Positions 12,011 to 23,394 of a DNA stretch of 64,000 nucleotides are shown here, one piece after another (position 1 is the stretch's first letter; the number at the start of each line of letters is the position of its first letter). The position numbers and the translations under genes are program-made. Source of the stretch: Squalus acanthias (Eukaryota); contig CM059431.1 of the NCBI GenBank assembly GCA_030390025.1, forward strand, positions 119,972,001-120,036,000. The letters run 5' to 3'. Under the pieces are notes generated by a model. It saw only the letters and a list, made by a program, of their open reading frames with translations. It made no database searches and was not told the origin of the DNA.

Positions 12011-13290
12011 TGAAGGGATTATTACTAGTCCTAGCCCCTTTTGGGCTACCCCGGATCAGGCATATTCCCCAGACGTTCACCTTCAACTAAAGTTAAAGGG
12101 AGCTGAATCCTAAAGACGCTTAATTGGGTCTAAAGGTCCAGACTATCTCTCCCTAAAGGAAAGGAACAGCTTGAAGATGTTACCATCCTCCAGATAGCAC
12201 TTTTAATAAGTTTAGCTAGACTGTAACCTTCCGGACATTATGAGGGTCCGGAAAACTCCCTCAGAATTCTGCAACTCCTCACCAAAGAGTGTACAGAGAT
12301 TGAGTTTGCGAGTTTGATTCAGAAGTACTATGTGAGACGATTCTAAAAATATATAGATTTATTAAAGAACCGACATGTAATTACAGTAAGTATTTCAATC
12401 GCAACATTAACAGTTCCAAATACAAAAATCTTTCAATTCTTATTATCAGAGATCCTTATTCTCAAATCTTAACTTTGTTACATTTTTACATTTCTTAGTC
12501 TTATTCCAGGATATCCACCAAAATCAAATACAAGTACCTTGATCCCCGAGATACAAAGTTGTAGACTTACAGAGCTTGCCTCTGAAGCCTGAGAATCACT
12601 TTGCCCCTTTACAGCGATTCTGTCTTCCCATTTGAAAGTTCAATTTTTATACCCTTTCTCAGTGGTATTTCCTTTGAAGTTTTCTGCTGATGTAAGCTAA
12701 TTATCTCTAGTCATTTTTCTGTTGACCCCTTCTATTCTTACAGTCAGTTCAGCTGGTAGCAAGCAGAATCGTGTCTCTCCTTTAGGTGTTTCAAGTTCCC
12801 CCACTTGATGCCAATCTTACCAAAGTCTTCTGTTTGTGTCTTTTGCATTTAGCACACCTCAGCTGGTTGCACCATTGTCTTCTTAGTTACCTCAGTTGGT
12901 TGCATTAAGAATTATGTCTCTACCCTAGGTGTTCGAAGCTCATCATAAAAAGCAGTGTAACAGCAGTGGTTCTATTTGATGTCATTTTTACAAAGGCATA
13001 TGTTTCTTTAATTTTCTGTGTTTCATTTCAAAGTGTTGGTTTAAGACACCTTAACAGGGTATACCATTGTGTTCTTTCCAAAGCTGCAGACTTTAAGAAC
13101 CTCCAACCTTCTGATTCAACAAAGCTATTGATTCAGTGTCAACAACTTATCTTATCTCAATAGCCTGTATGCTGTTTACAGCTTGAGATTGTTGAGGCTT
13201 CCAGATTTTCAAACGTAGTTTGTCATGTTACAAAGGCCAGAATATTTCATAGAATGGTGTATTTTTCTGAATATGGCGTATTCCTTCACA
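12011..13290 (-). mobile_element. Solo LTR (about 1.28 kb)
   Basis: TG...CA termini and a CTAA 4-bp TSD on both sides. Minus-strand TATAAAA at about 12646-12652 and AATAAA at about 12358-12363. A second copy lies at 55745-57056. Confidence 0.85.
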
Positions 13291-13842
13291 CTAAAGCCCC
13301 AGGCGCTAACTGTTAGCAGCGGCGCTAAGGGGTGACTGAATTTGGCGTGCTGTGCTGGATTCGCCTCGCCCCAGTGCTACTTCATTAGCGTCCCATTAGT
13401 GCCCCCGGCAGGTGCTAATGGGAGGTGCTAACCAACCGAATTGCTCCCCCCAAGTATTTTTGAATCTAAGCGATGTGAGACAGTGTTTCTGAGGGTTGGG
13501 TCCTTCTACTTTCCTGCAGAATTGGGTCAGAACTCTTGGACTGGTTTTAATCACTTGAGAGGATCAGCAAGGAATATTCCAGATATTTTTATTTCCTATA
13601 TTGGCCCTCTTTATCTTTCTGTTTTTTTGCCTCTCCCAGGAGATTACATGGCTGTGGAGGCGGGGGGAGGGGGGGATGGGGAGGTGTGGGGGGGCGGCGA
13701 TGGTGAATGTACAAACTGTCTAGTCATGTTGCTCCAGACATCATGAGTGTGGTGCAGGCTTGATGGACCTTTTATTACCCATCATTTTCATACGTTTTGT
13801 ATGTGAGAATGAGACACCCAAGTTATACTGTCACTGTCTTTA

Positions 13843-14200
13843 TGCGGGGAATTTTAACCCCAAAAAATGGGTGGGTTAGGGTCAGGTGGGATGTTAAAGT
13901 GTTAAAAAACTGAATCCTAACCCCAACCTGCCTCCAACCCCCCCACTTCCGGTTTTAATGGAGGCGGGATGGGGGGCGGGCAACCAACCTGCTCCCAGGA
14001 GGCAGGTGGTCGATTTAAATATTATAATGAGGCTGGCGTGCCTCTTGGTGAACCATCATTACAAATTTAACTCTTGTTGATCGGGCTTCCCATGCCTCAG
14101 CGAACCCGCCAGCTAAAGTAAGGCGAGGACAGTTGGATCCAGGAGGTAGGTGCCTTCCCACTTTCCTCCTGGATCCAGCATCCCTGCCTCATCCAAACCC
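13843..14200. mobile_element. Partial MITE of the 4295/17900/26422 family (reverse orientation)
   Basis: GGGGAATTTTAACCCC terminus. Homologous to the reverse complement of 4660-5009. Confidence 0.65.
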
Positions 14201-14287
14201 CCATGATCGACAGGTTAACCTGATGTGCAAGCAGGCTGACAGTGGTACAGTGGTGATGCCTGCACCTCTTAAAGGGACAGACAAATC

Positions 14288-15152
14288 GGCCGCGATTTTG
14301 TCGGCGCTCAAAGAGGCAGGTCAGAGGTTAAAGTGCAATTGATTGACGGTGGGTCCCGAACTCGCCGTCAACCCGCCTCCAAACAGCTTTCCCAAGTGTC
14401 GGGTCCCCAATTTGCGAATGGACCCAACACCTAGCAGCGGGAAGCGGATTAAAATCAATTACCTGCCTATTAACAGGTACTTGCCAGTAGTTGCCAGCCT
14501 ATTTTTGGATTTTCCCACTTCTGGGTCTGCTTTCCCGACATCCGGACACCACACCAGGTAAGTGTGGCGTGTTGTGAGTCTGCTGTAATGTTTCTGGAAT
14601 GATGACAGCTGAAGAAGTGGTGTGAAGGATCCAATGTTGCACATGGTGAGTTTCAGAGCAAAGAAAATGTTGGTTACTGCATTTTTTATACATTTACAGA
14701 TTTTTTTAGATTACAAGTTTTGAAATCCATGTCCAGTGCCACCTCATTGGGAGAACCTCTCTCACCAGTGACAGATCGCTTCTGTCACCTCACCTGCAGC
14801 TACCATCTGTTATAGCCTATGGAGGGAGTCATTGGAGAGCCTGGCTGCAAGAGGTCACCTTTGTGCAGTGATTGTCAGTGTTTTCAGCGCCTCAATGCTG
14901 TCAAACACTGAGAAATCAACTGTCAAAATAAAATTGTGCGTGGTCCCTTTAAGGAAACTGGCAGATGACGTGTCAGCAAATGACGTCATCAGACCCGTTT
15001 CCTGTTAATTGGCCGGCAAGCCCGCAGGGACGGCTCAACAAGGTCAATCAAGGCAAAATCACGTCTGTGGAGCGGATGCAGCGGGGGCGGGAGTGGAAGC
15101 CAGAAACCAGCTGACCCGCGCTCAACCCGCCTCCATTAATAAAATCGCGGCC
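14288..15152. mobile_element. Non-autonomous Harbinger deletion derivative
   Basis: Perfect 12-bp TIRs GGCCGCGATTTT / AAAATCGCGGCC with ATC duplicated on both sides. 14815-15100 is homologous to the Myb promoter/start region at 6440-6760. Confidence 0.85.
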
Positions 15153-15245
15153 ATCATTCAGGTAAGTTTGGATTTAAGGATTTGGACTTTGTTTTTTTGA
15201 TTTTATTGAACTGGTGGCTTGCTGCAATAGATGTGAAAATATTTT

Positions 15246-15385
15246 AAATAAAAACAGAAAATGCTGCAAATACTCAGCAGGTCAGGCAACATCCATGGAG
15301 AGAAAAACAGAGTTCACATCTGAGGTCGAGATGCTGCCCGACCAGCTGAGTATTTCCGGGATTTTATGCTGTTATTTCACATTTA
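15246..15385. repeat. Short imperfectly palindromic Penelope-associated repeat (related fragments at 25021-25105, 32713-32817, 41280-41402)
   Basis: AAAACAGAAAATGCTG..ACTCAGCAGGTCAGGCA.CATC and its inverted copy. The same sequence recurs four times in the window. The Penelope link rests on recall of shark repeats. Confidence 0.55.
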
Positions 15386-15386
15386 C

Positions 15387-16746
15387 AGCAACCGCTCGCG
15401 GAGGGAAGAGGAAATCACAGAAGAGGAGAAAGCCGTAGAGGAGGAATCTGCAGTGGAGGAATCTGCAGAGAAGAAAGCAGAAGAGGAGGAATCAGACGGA
15501 TGGATGCATCCCAGACAGCCCCTTTGTGGCCGGGATTTCTGGGATAGAATCATCCACCTGCAGTACCAGTGACCACAACCCCAATTCCCCTTTCAACATT
15601 AGTCCCACACCTTACCTTCCATCTGTTACTGACCATCACAATGCCCTCTGAGCCACGAAGCTGAAATAAAAGCCACCTTAAAGCAAACTTTCCAATCCAC
15701 CTATATATGTCTATCCATCCAATGTGACATCAAGAAATCAACTCATCACCCGTATGCATTCCCTTGGTGACGGTTTTGTGTGTGCCTTTACCTATCCTAC
15801 TGATGTCACACAGTGCTACCCCAGTGGCTGCAGCATGGCTGGCGGAAAGCTGCTGACATTCAGTGGGGGACACTTCAAATGTCCTTGCTGGTTGACTTTG
15901 AGGAGCTGGTGGCTGGGAGTGTCAAATCAATCTTCTTCTTGTTCTTCTTCACTCTCCTCTCCCTCTTCTTGTCATCCACTGGCTGGGCAGGCTGCATTTC
16001 TTGGGTGTGTGAAATGAGGAAGGCACAAAGGTGGAGTTGTGGTGATGGGTGGACGGGAAAGCATGAGGTGCATGCGAGAAGGAGGATAACATATGAGGAT
16101 ACCAGCATCTTGTATGCTTTCAGACCCACTGCTGGCCAATGGCTCAGCCATGCCCCTGCCAAGAATGGCCTGCACCATCCCCTCCAAGGGGGTGAGGTGA
16201 GGCTAGGAATGGGAGATGTGCCTTGTGATTGGCACAGATTGTTGGTAGGTGACTGATTGGAGGTGGGGGTCGTGCATTGAGCAGTGTGTGAGGCTAGTGG
16301 TGCAGTTGGTAGGAGACGGCTTTTGAAGAGGTATTCACTGACCTTGACCAGTGGTCTGAGGTCATGAAGCTTCTTTGGGCACTGGAGCCAAGTGGTGAGG
16401 GTGACACTGCTGACAGTGACGGCCTTTGTGGTGTGATCCCACATCGTTCTTTCTGGAGGGCCTCTCAGCCCCTGTGGGTAGAGGGCGTGTCTTGCATTGT
16501 TGACCTCCTGCACAAAGTGGGAGTGCTGCGTGTGAGACCCTTGGTGCTCCTTCACACCAACTTCGCCTCAGATGTCTCCAGCAACGCCACCAGGACGGCA
16601 GTGCACAGAAGGTAAGCGCTGCATCAACAATCTCCATGCCCCCCAGATCAATTTCACTCCCTTAGCGTTGTAGCCATTTCCAGCGGCCGTTAACTCCAGT
16701 TGCCGGCGACACCAGCAACTTTACTGGCTAAAACAAATTTCTCCCC
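15387..16746 (-). mobile_element. Truncated Harbinger: transposase C-terminus (plus, 15387-15572) and decayed Myb gene (minus, about 15800-16637)
   Basis: Glu-rich tail ending RIIHLQYQ*. Myb remnant MWDH..TTWLQCPKKLHDLRPLVK followed by a GT donor. TIR AAATTTCTCCCC followed by TAA at 16747. Confidence 0.7.
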
Positions 16747-16769
16747 TAATGGCTTTAAAATAATGTAGG

Positions 16770-16900
16770 TACATGGACTGCCAGACAATGAAGGCATTCG
16801 TGGATTACAACCACTAACATACATAATGAAATCAGATACCGCTTGAACATTAATTGAGTGGAATCCCTTTCTCTTCAAAGTAATTATGAGGTTGATATCA
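16770..16900 (-). pseudogene. Older HARBI1-like transposase fragment
   Basis: RKGFHSINVQAVSD and, after a frameshift, H.AFIVWQS. Confidence 0.6.
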
Positions 16901-17074
16901 AGACCCTGATATCAAATGGATTCATGTGTATCTCTTTGTAGCTGGCCCGAAATTGCATTCTTCCATTGGGCAAGCTGCCTAAGGAGGCGTTGGCAGTTTG
17001 CCCTGATTATTTAGGTAAGGCTTGAGGACCAATTTCTTGAGCTCCTCGGGCCTCTGACTTCAAGCACAGAGAAG

Positions 17075-17762
17075 ACCCCATTGTGTCTAGTTCTGGTCCT
17101 CTCACATGGTGGAAGATATAAGGCTCTATAAAAGGTTCAGAGGGGGGCCCTGAGATTAATACCTCGTTTAAAATCCTTTGGTTATGACAATAGGCTCATG
17201 GAGCTGGGTCTTTTTACTCTAAAAAAGCATAGACTTCAGGGAGACTTGATGGAAATACTTAAAATGATGAAGGGACTGGACTGTCTACATGGGGACAGAT
17301 TATTTGAATTAGATAAATTAGGATGAATGAGGGGGATATGCATACATGCCATAAAAGCAGAGAACTAGGTTAGATCTCAGGAGGCTTTTCTTTTTCCAGG
17401 GGATCATTAACCTTTGGAATAGGTTGCAAACAGCAAAAGGAAGCTGGACAAGTTCCGGGAGGAGGCTGACATCACTGCGTAGGGAAGGTAGGTGGGATGC
17501 TGGGTAATTTACTTTGTGGTCATTGTTATCTACCAGAACTCGTTTTTGATCACCTTCAGGGGTCGGAGAAGAATATCTTTCTTTCCTTGAAATTTTCTAG
17601 GCTTTTTTTAATCTTCTTTTTGTTTGTCTCTCCCAGGAGATTACATGTTTGCTCATGAGTGGAGTTCATGATGCTTTAGTTGCAATATAGCTGAATGGGA
17701 TAGACTTGATGGACCAGCGGCTCTGTTTCTGTCCATCTTTTTCCTATGTATGTTTTGTATGC
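17075..17762 (+). mobile_element. Degraded CR1-group LINE 3' end (related 3' UTR pieces at about 13520-13803, 41690-41850, and 32030-32260 reverse)
   Basis: Decayed coding sequence resembling HCVQFWSP..LGLFTL..RLQGDLMEILKMMKGLD, followed by a shared 3' UTR (CTCCCAGGAGATTACATG..GATGGACC). Confidence 0.65.
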
Positions 17763-17899
17763 AGAAAAGTCCCAGGTTTAGTTCCCAAATGTGCTGTTGC
17801 AACTCTTGGAGACATATATTTATCCCTAAATTCCCAGTTAGGGAAGTGAAGTTTAGCTTGGTTTCTTGCTGTGCTGGAACTATGCCTGTGTAGATATCA

Positions 17900-18889
17900 A
17901 GTGATGGTAAAACTCTGAGAGTGGGGTGGGGTGGGTGGGGGGGGGCTCCCTCAGGCCCTGCTGAATTTAACGGCAAGGCCTGATTAGCATTTTGTTTCTC
18001 TGTTTCTTGCCCGGAGCCAGCCAGATGGAGAGGCTGGCTGGCTGTCAGGGGGTGTGTGGGGGGGGGGGGGTGGTGGGGGGCTGGAGCGTGTAGGCCTGTG
18101 GCACCAGGTCACAAAGAGGAGTGAGGGAGTGATCGGGGGGTGGGTGGCGACGGAAGGCTGGGATCGGGGGCATGGGAGGGGCGGGTTTGAAGGACGGGGA
18201 TCGTCAGAGGGGGTCGGAAGGATGGAGGTTGGAGGGGGGGGGGTTCGGGCCGGGGATCTGAGGCTGGAGGAGGATCAGCGGCCAGAGGGGGGGATTGGAG
18301 GCCGGAGTGGGGATCGGAGGCCGGGGTGGGGTGTCGGAAGGCATGAGGAGGGATTGGAGGCCAGAGGGGACAAAGGGAGGGTTGTCGGGGGGCTGGGGGT
18401 TAGAAGGTTGGAGTGGGGGGAGGGGGCCAGGGATGGGAGGCCAGGGGGGGTCAGAAGGCCGGAGGAGGGATCGGAGATCAGAGACCTGTGTGGAGGGGGG
18501 CGGGGGGGCAAGGTCGGAGGCCTCAGTGGGGGAGGTTCGGGCTGGGAGTGTCTGATCGTGGGGGGTTTGGTGAGACAAGAACGCACTTACCTCCTGGATC
18601 CAGCAGTCCTCGCCTTCCTTTAGCTGGCAGGTTTCCCGAGGCCTGGGAAACCCGGCCAGCCAGAGTAAAATTTAAAATGGAGCTACAAAATGAGGCATGC
18701 AGCCTCGTATAATAGTTAAAGTGCCAACCCACCTCCTCGAAGCGGGCTGGCTGCCCACCCTTCCTGCCTCCATTAAAACCAGAAATGCACGGGTTGGAGG
18801 CAGGTTTGGGGTCGGAATTCAGATTTTTATCACTTTAACCTTCCACCCGACCCCAAACCAACCATTTTTATGGGGTTAAAGTTCCCCCC
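17900..18889. mobile_element. Harbinger-type MITE with an expanded G-rich minisatellite core
   Basis: Right TIR GGGGTTAAAGTTCCCCC. Flanks are homologous to 4295-5009. The core at 18050-18570 is built of GGGATCGGAGGCC-like units. The left end is uncertain. Confidence 0.65.
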
Positions 18890-19948
18890 TCAGTGTCAAA
18901 ACTCACGTGCAAATAATGCAAGGTGCTGAAGGGTGCCAGTCACCCAGGGAACCATAGCCCAGCCAGAGATCAATGCTTTCTGGAGAGAGGAGAATATTGG
19001 CAAGAAAAAAAAATCAAAGTCTGCTTTTATTTTATTTTCAGTGCTTCAAAACAGTGCATAGAAACCCCTTGTGCTGGAATGTGTTAGTCTTTTGTTCAGC
19101 AAGTCACTTTAAATCATACAATAAGTATCAAGGCATATTCAGTCAAATTGGATTAGACTTATTGCATATTCTACTCCAATCTGTGTGTCAGTCACAACCA
19201 TGACAATTGTTTTGGCTGAATAAATAAACCAGTTCAAATTAATTCAATGCTTGCTTGAAGTTGCAGTCATTTAAGTAAAGATTTTTTTATACATTATTTA
19301 GAATTTTTCCCCAACTTGTTTTTGGCTGAGAACAATGCCTCGGCATTGAAGAATGACTGCGGCACTCCGAGTATTTTAAATTATTCACAAAAGACTGTGG
19401 CAATTTAACAGCTGAAAGTCTGCATACACCACTCAGTGAACTTTGTTGCTTGTTCGTCTTATTTTTTGCACATTAATTTGGCCAAGGAAGTCGCTTATGG
19501 AGGTTCATGAATTTTCATAGATTTGTAAATGAACATTCAAGAATTTGCATGCGTTTGAATCTTCTCATTATAGTAGTAATACTTATGAATAACCATGAAA
19601 CTGAAAGGAGTCACTTAACATTCAAAGGTATTGCAGAATATACAAGGATCACTTGAACTTTGATGATGATCATTAATAGCCGTTTATCAACTCAATAAGT
19701 TCAAAATCATTTTGGCAGGGAAAATGCATGTGCGCTTCACTGCTAAAGTGAGTAATTTCTACTAATGGTTTAGTCAGCATATAAAGCTCATTTTGTTGTT
19801 TGTCTTTTCAAATGTTAAAGCTCATTATTAAATTAGGCCCTGAAATTACAGTGCGGGATCTGAAAATGAAGATGAGGTTTTTAAAGTAATTGCGCCAACG
19901 GATGGAGAACCAGTGGGGGTCGATAAGGAAAGGAGTGGTAAACGAATG

Positions 19949-20185
19949 GGACTTTGTGTGGGATAGGGTGATGTGTTGGTAGGTGAATGGGGCTCTGCGT
20001 CAGATAGGCTGTGATGAGTTGGACTTTGTGTGGGATAGGGTGATGTGTTGGTAGGTGAATGGGGCTCTGCGTCAGATAGGCTGTGATGAGTTGGACTTTG
20101 TGTGGGATAGGGTGATGTGTTGGTAGGTGAATGGGGCTTTGCGTCAGATAGGCTGTGATGAGTTGGACTTTGTGTGGCATAGGGT
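19949..20185. repeat. 72-bp tandem repeat, about 3.3 near-identical copies, inside an L2-like remnant
   Basis: GGACTTTGTGTGG units start at 19949, 20021, 20093 and 20165. Confidence 0.95.
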
Positions 20186-21274
20186 GCGATAGTTGGAATT
20201 TGGGAGGGTAGTCAGGAAGATGTTGGAAAATTCAAATCTGAAGGTGAAAAAGGCATGAGTTAGGGTTTCAGCAACACTAGAGGTAAAGATGGAGGTGGGT
20301 GATATTTACATATACATAGATACAAATAGTAAAATGGCAGACTTTTTTTCCAATCACGTTTTTAAATAATCTTCCGTTGATATGACAAAGCCCTGTTGGG
20401 GAAATACACATATAGGTGATTAAACACAAATATTTTCCATTATCTCAAGGTTTTATATAAATATATATAACATATTGAATAAAAAGTTGCATGTTTTTAT
20501 ACTTTCACAAATTAGCCTATTCTTTGTGGTTATTATCCCCATCTGAGCCTAACCAGCAATATCTCTTCTCATATAAACTTTGACACCGACCAGTGACTCA
20601 ATGGATGCATCACAGATTTGCCCCGGCATTTATGTGCAACGTACAATATTAATTAATTAGCAGTATCAATTAGTTTTTGATCCATTTGTGTATCGTGTGA
20701 GGTACTTGCAATGGAAGATGTATTGAGCCAGCAAACAATTTGAATATGTATCCATTCTTTCAGAAGGTTTCCCCGAGCTGGAGCTAATGCAGTGAAATAT
20801 TTTCCAGCATTTCTAATGGTCGGAATCAGATCTCAGAGATAAAGGGCCCAATTTTCCTGTCGTTAACTCAACCCTGCATTCTGGGTTTCCTTTCCTTTCA
20901 TTTCGTCTGTTGGTTATTAATTCCTTGCCCCTGCGGCCTTGGCAAATGCTGCTAAGGGGGTGAAATGTGTTTACAGCCTTTCTGTGGACTTTCAGGAGAT
21001 TATTTTGTCCAAAGGATGAAAACAGGCGCTAAGTGGGTGTTGTGCTAAAAATAAACGCCTGTTTGTAAGTGTGGATTTAGCACGCAATTTTCAGGCTAAT
21101 TGGTGATTATCATGATTTAAACGTACCTGCAGGGGCTGAAGCCGACAACTGTTGGTTCGGCACTCAAGCGCTGATTAGATGCAATTTTCCTCGATCTGTA
21201 TATCTAGCCTGCACTCACCTACTTACACTAAAGGGATGGAGTGCACTGTCTGGAAGAAAAACCAACATGGAAGG

Positions 21275-23123
21275 ATGTCTCAGGAACCTAGAGAGAGTGT
21301 GCCCAGATTATTTGATGCGGCAGTGGAGCTCCTGGTGTAGGAAGTAGAGAGGAGTCCTCCGACCACAGCGGGGAAGGAGGCCACAGAGGCAGCTAATGCA
21401 GTGCATGTGGGAAGAGATTGCCCAGGAGGTGACAGCCAGGAGCCCTGGCCCCAGGGCTTGGCTGCAGTGCCACAAGAAATGTAATGACTTGACATGAGTA
21501 TTTAAGGTATGATCCCAACTCACAAACACACAGCTCAATAACTGCACCACCACCAGCATCACAACCTCAACACACTTCATCCAACCATCTAACTATACAC
21601 TGACATTCACACACCCCACACTATTGCATCTTCATAGGTACTATTCACAGCTCAGATACATCTCACGGCTCTTCAACCATATGAGGCATCACACACACAC
21701 ACACAAATACACCTGTCAATACACTCATTCACAATCACTACTCTTTCTATTCCTGGAAAAAATAGCACATAACAGGCGGCAGCAGGACCTGACCGTGGAA
21801 GGTCAATCACGTCTGTGTGAGATCACTCCATTTGAGGAGGCAGTGCTGACCGTGATCAGGAGGGGAGTGTGAGACATAGTGGCCAGGGGAAGAGCAGGGG
21901 GCATATCGCCTAGAGGTATGTGGCTACTCCAGCTTCCTCACAGATCCACAACTATTCCTGATCACTAATGACCCAAAGCTATTCTCACTCCCAAGCTCCA
22001 TATGATCTGATCACACACATCCCCCTGTAGTGGCCACATGCACTGCACCCTAACCCTTCCAGCTTTATCATTGCAGGCTCCTAGGAGCAAGATCCATCTC
22101 GGTCTCCAGAGCAAGTTCAAGATGAGCAACATCCACCCCGCACCCCCTCCCCCCCCATCCCAAGGAAGAGGAAGAAGAAGAAGAGGAGGAGGAGGAGGAG
22201 AGGGAGTAAGAAGGTACTGCATCAATAGCTAGCACTGTCACAGGCACCAGCTCAGAGACTGGCACCATGCATAACTTAGAGGCTAGGTAGAAGATGGATC
22301 CTCACACTGGGATGTACTGGGCACTAGCGGGCAGCAGCCATGCAGGATGGAAGGGATACCACAGGTGCCATGTTTCCAGGAGGCAAATTTGCATACTAGT
22401 TCTGCTGTAGTGGAGTCAGATGAGGACCTCGCAGGGCCAAGCTTCAGAATTAGGTTGATGGGTGCGATGGAGAGTCTGCCTGACAGCTTACGGGTTGTGG
22501 CTAGGGGGATGGAGGAGTCTGCCCCCATCCTGGTCCGTGGCTTTAACATCCTCACCAGCGTGGAGAGGCTGGTGACCTCCAGCCAGCGACCTGTGGAGCT
22601 CGACATCGTGCAACGTCTGATGACTGAGGTCGCAGCTTCCACTGCAGTCATTGCAGCTTGCATGGAACGGCAAAGTGCTGCAATGGAAGCTCAGGCAGCT
22701 GCCATGGTGGTTCTGGGGTCTTCAGTTGAAAGGGGCTTGCAGAGTGTCTCTGATGCCCACAGAACTGTCCTGGGCGTGCTGAACAGAGGCCCCGAGGTAG
22801 TGGTGTGTGAATCATGAAGCAGGAACCTACTGGCCTCTCTCCGGTTGCCAGGATTGTTGCTCCCTCCTCCGCCACTCCACCATTGCCCTTGCCATTGCTT
22901 GTCAGCCAGGCAGCCCAGACTGCTGAAGCCCGTGCTGAGATGGTACAGTTTGAGGCGAGGCCATCACGGCCCACAGCTTCTCGAGGGCGTCACAAAAGGA
23001 CATCTGAATTTCACTCTTCAGATTCTCAATAGCCATCCACCTTGTCTGCTGCTATCACTGGGGTTGCATTTTGTAGAAGCACTAGATTACGTGAGAGCAC
23101 TTATAGATAGCCACAAAGGGTAA
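21275..23123 (+). pseudogene. Harbinger Myb/SANT gene, three exons (21275-21506, about 21756-21915, 22077 to about 23123)
   Basis: Exon 1 reads MSQEPRESVPRLFDAAVELLV..WEEIAQEVT..RAWLQCHKKCNDL then GT. Exon 2 reads EKIAHNRRQQDLT then GT. Exon 3 is acidic plus heptad-like and homologous to 9846-10417. Confidence 0.75.
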
Positions 23124-23394
23124 GCACCAGATTGAATAGTTCAATATTTGTAAGTGCTGTTGGTTGTGTTATGTTTCCCTTGTTTTTTTTTGATGTAGAT
23201 AAAGAGTGATGATGGTAATTGGGTAGTGGTGGAATCGGTATTTAGTTTTCTTGTAATCTACATGGAGAAGGGGTTCAAAGGATTGAGTGCAGATGATGGA
23301 TGGCCTGATGCATCGTAAGTCATGGAAGATACATCATATGGCAACAGTGCTCTGGAGTCTGATAGTGGAGAACATCTTTCAAAAGCGCTCTTCA

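Larger units (their letters stand above)
8713..13450. mobile_element. Full-length decayed PIF/Harbinger transposon (two convergent genes) containing a solo LTR
   Basis: Degenerate TIRs GGGATGGAAATTC / GAATTGCTCCCCC, with identical CAA TSDs at 8710-8712 and 13451-13453. Myb gene on plus, transposase on minus. Confidence 0.85.

Noticed and set aside
18054..18712. Gly-rich and Pro-rich ORFs (also at 4457-4873 and 26729-27142)
   Set aside because: These are translations of the G/C-rich MITE cores, which are stop-poor because of composition.
19881..20180. ORF with 24-aa repeats, or a possible CRISPR-like array
   Set aside because: It is a plain 72-bp tandem repeat with no unique spacers and no cas genes. 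The ORF is a by-product.
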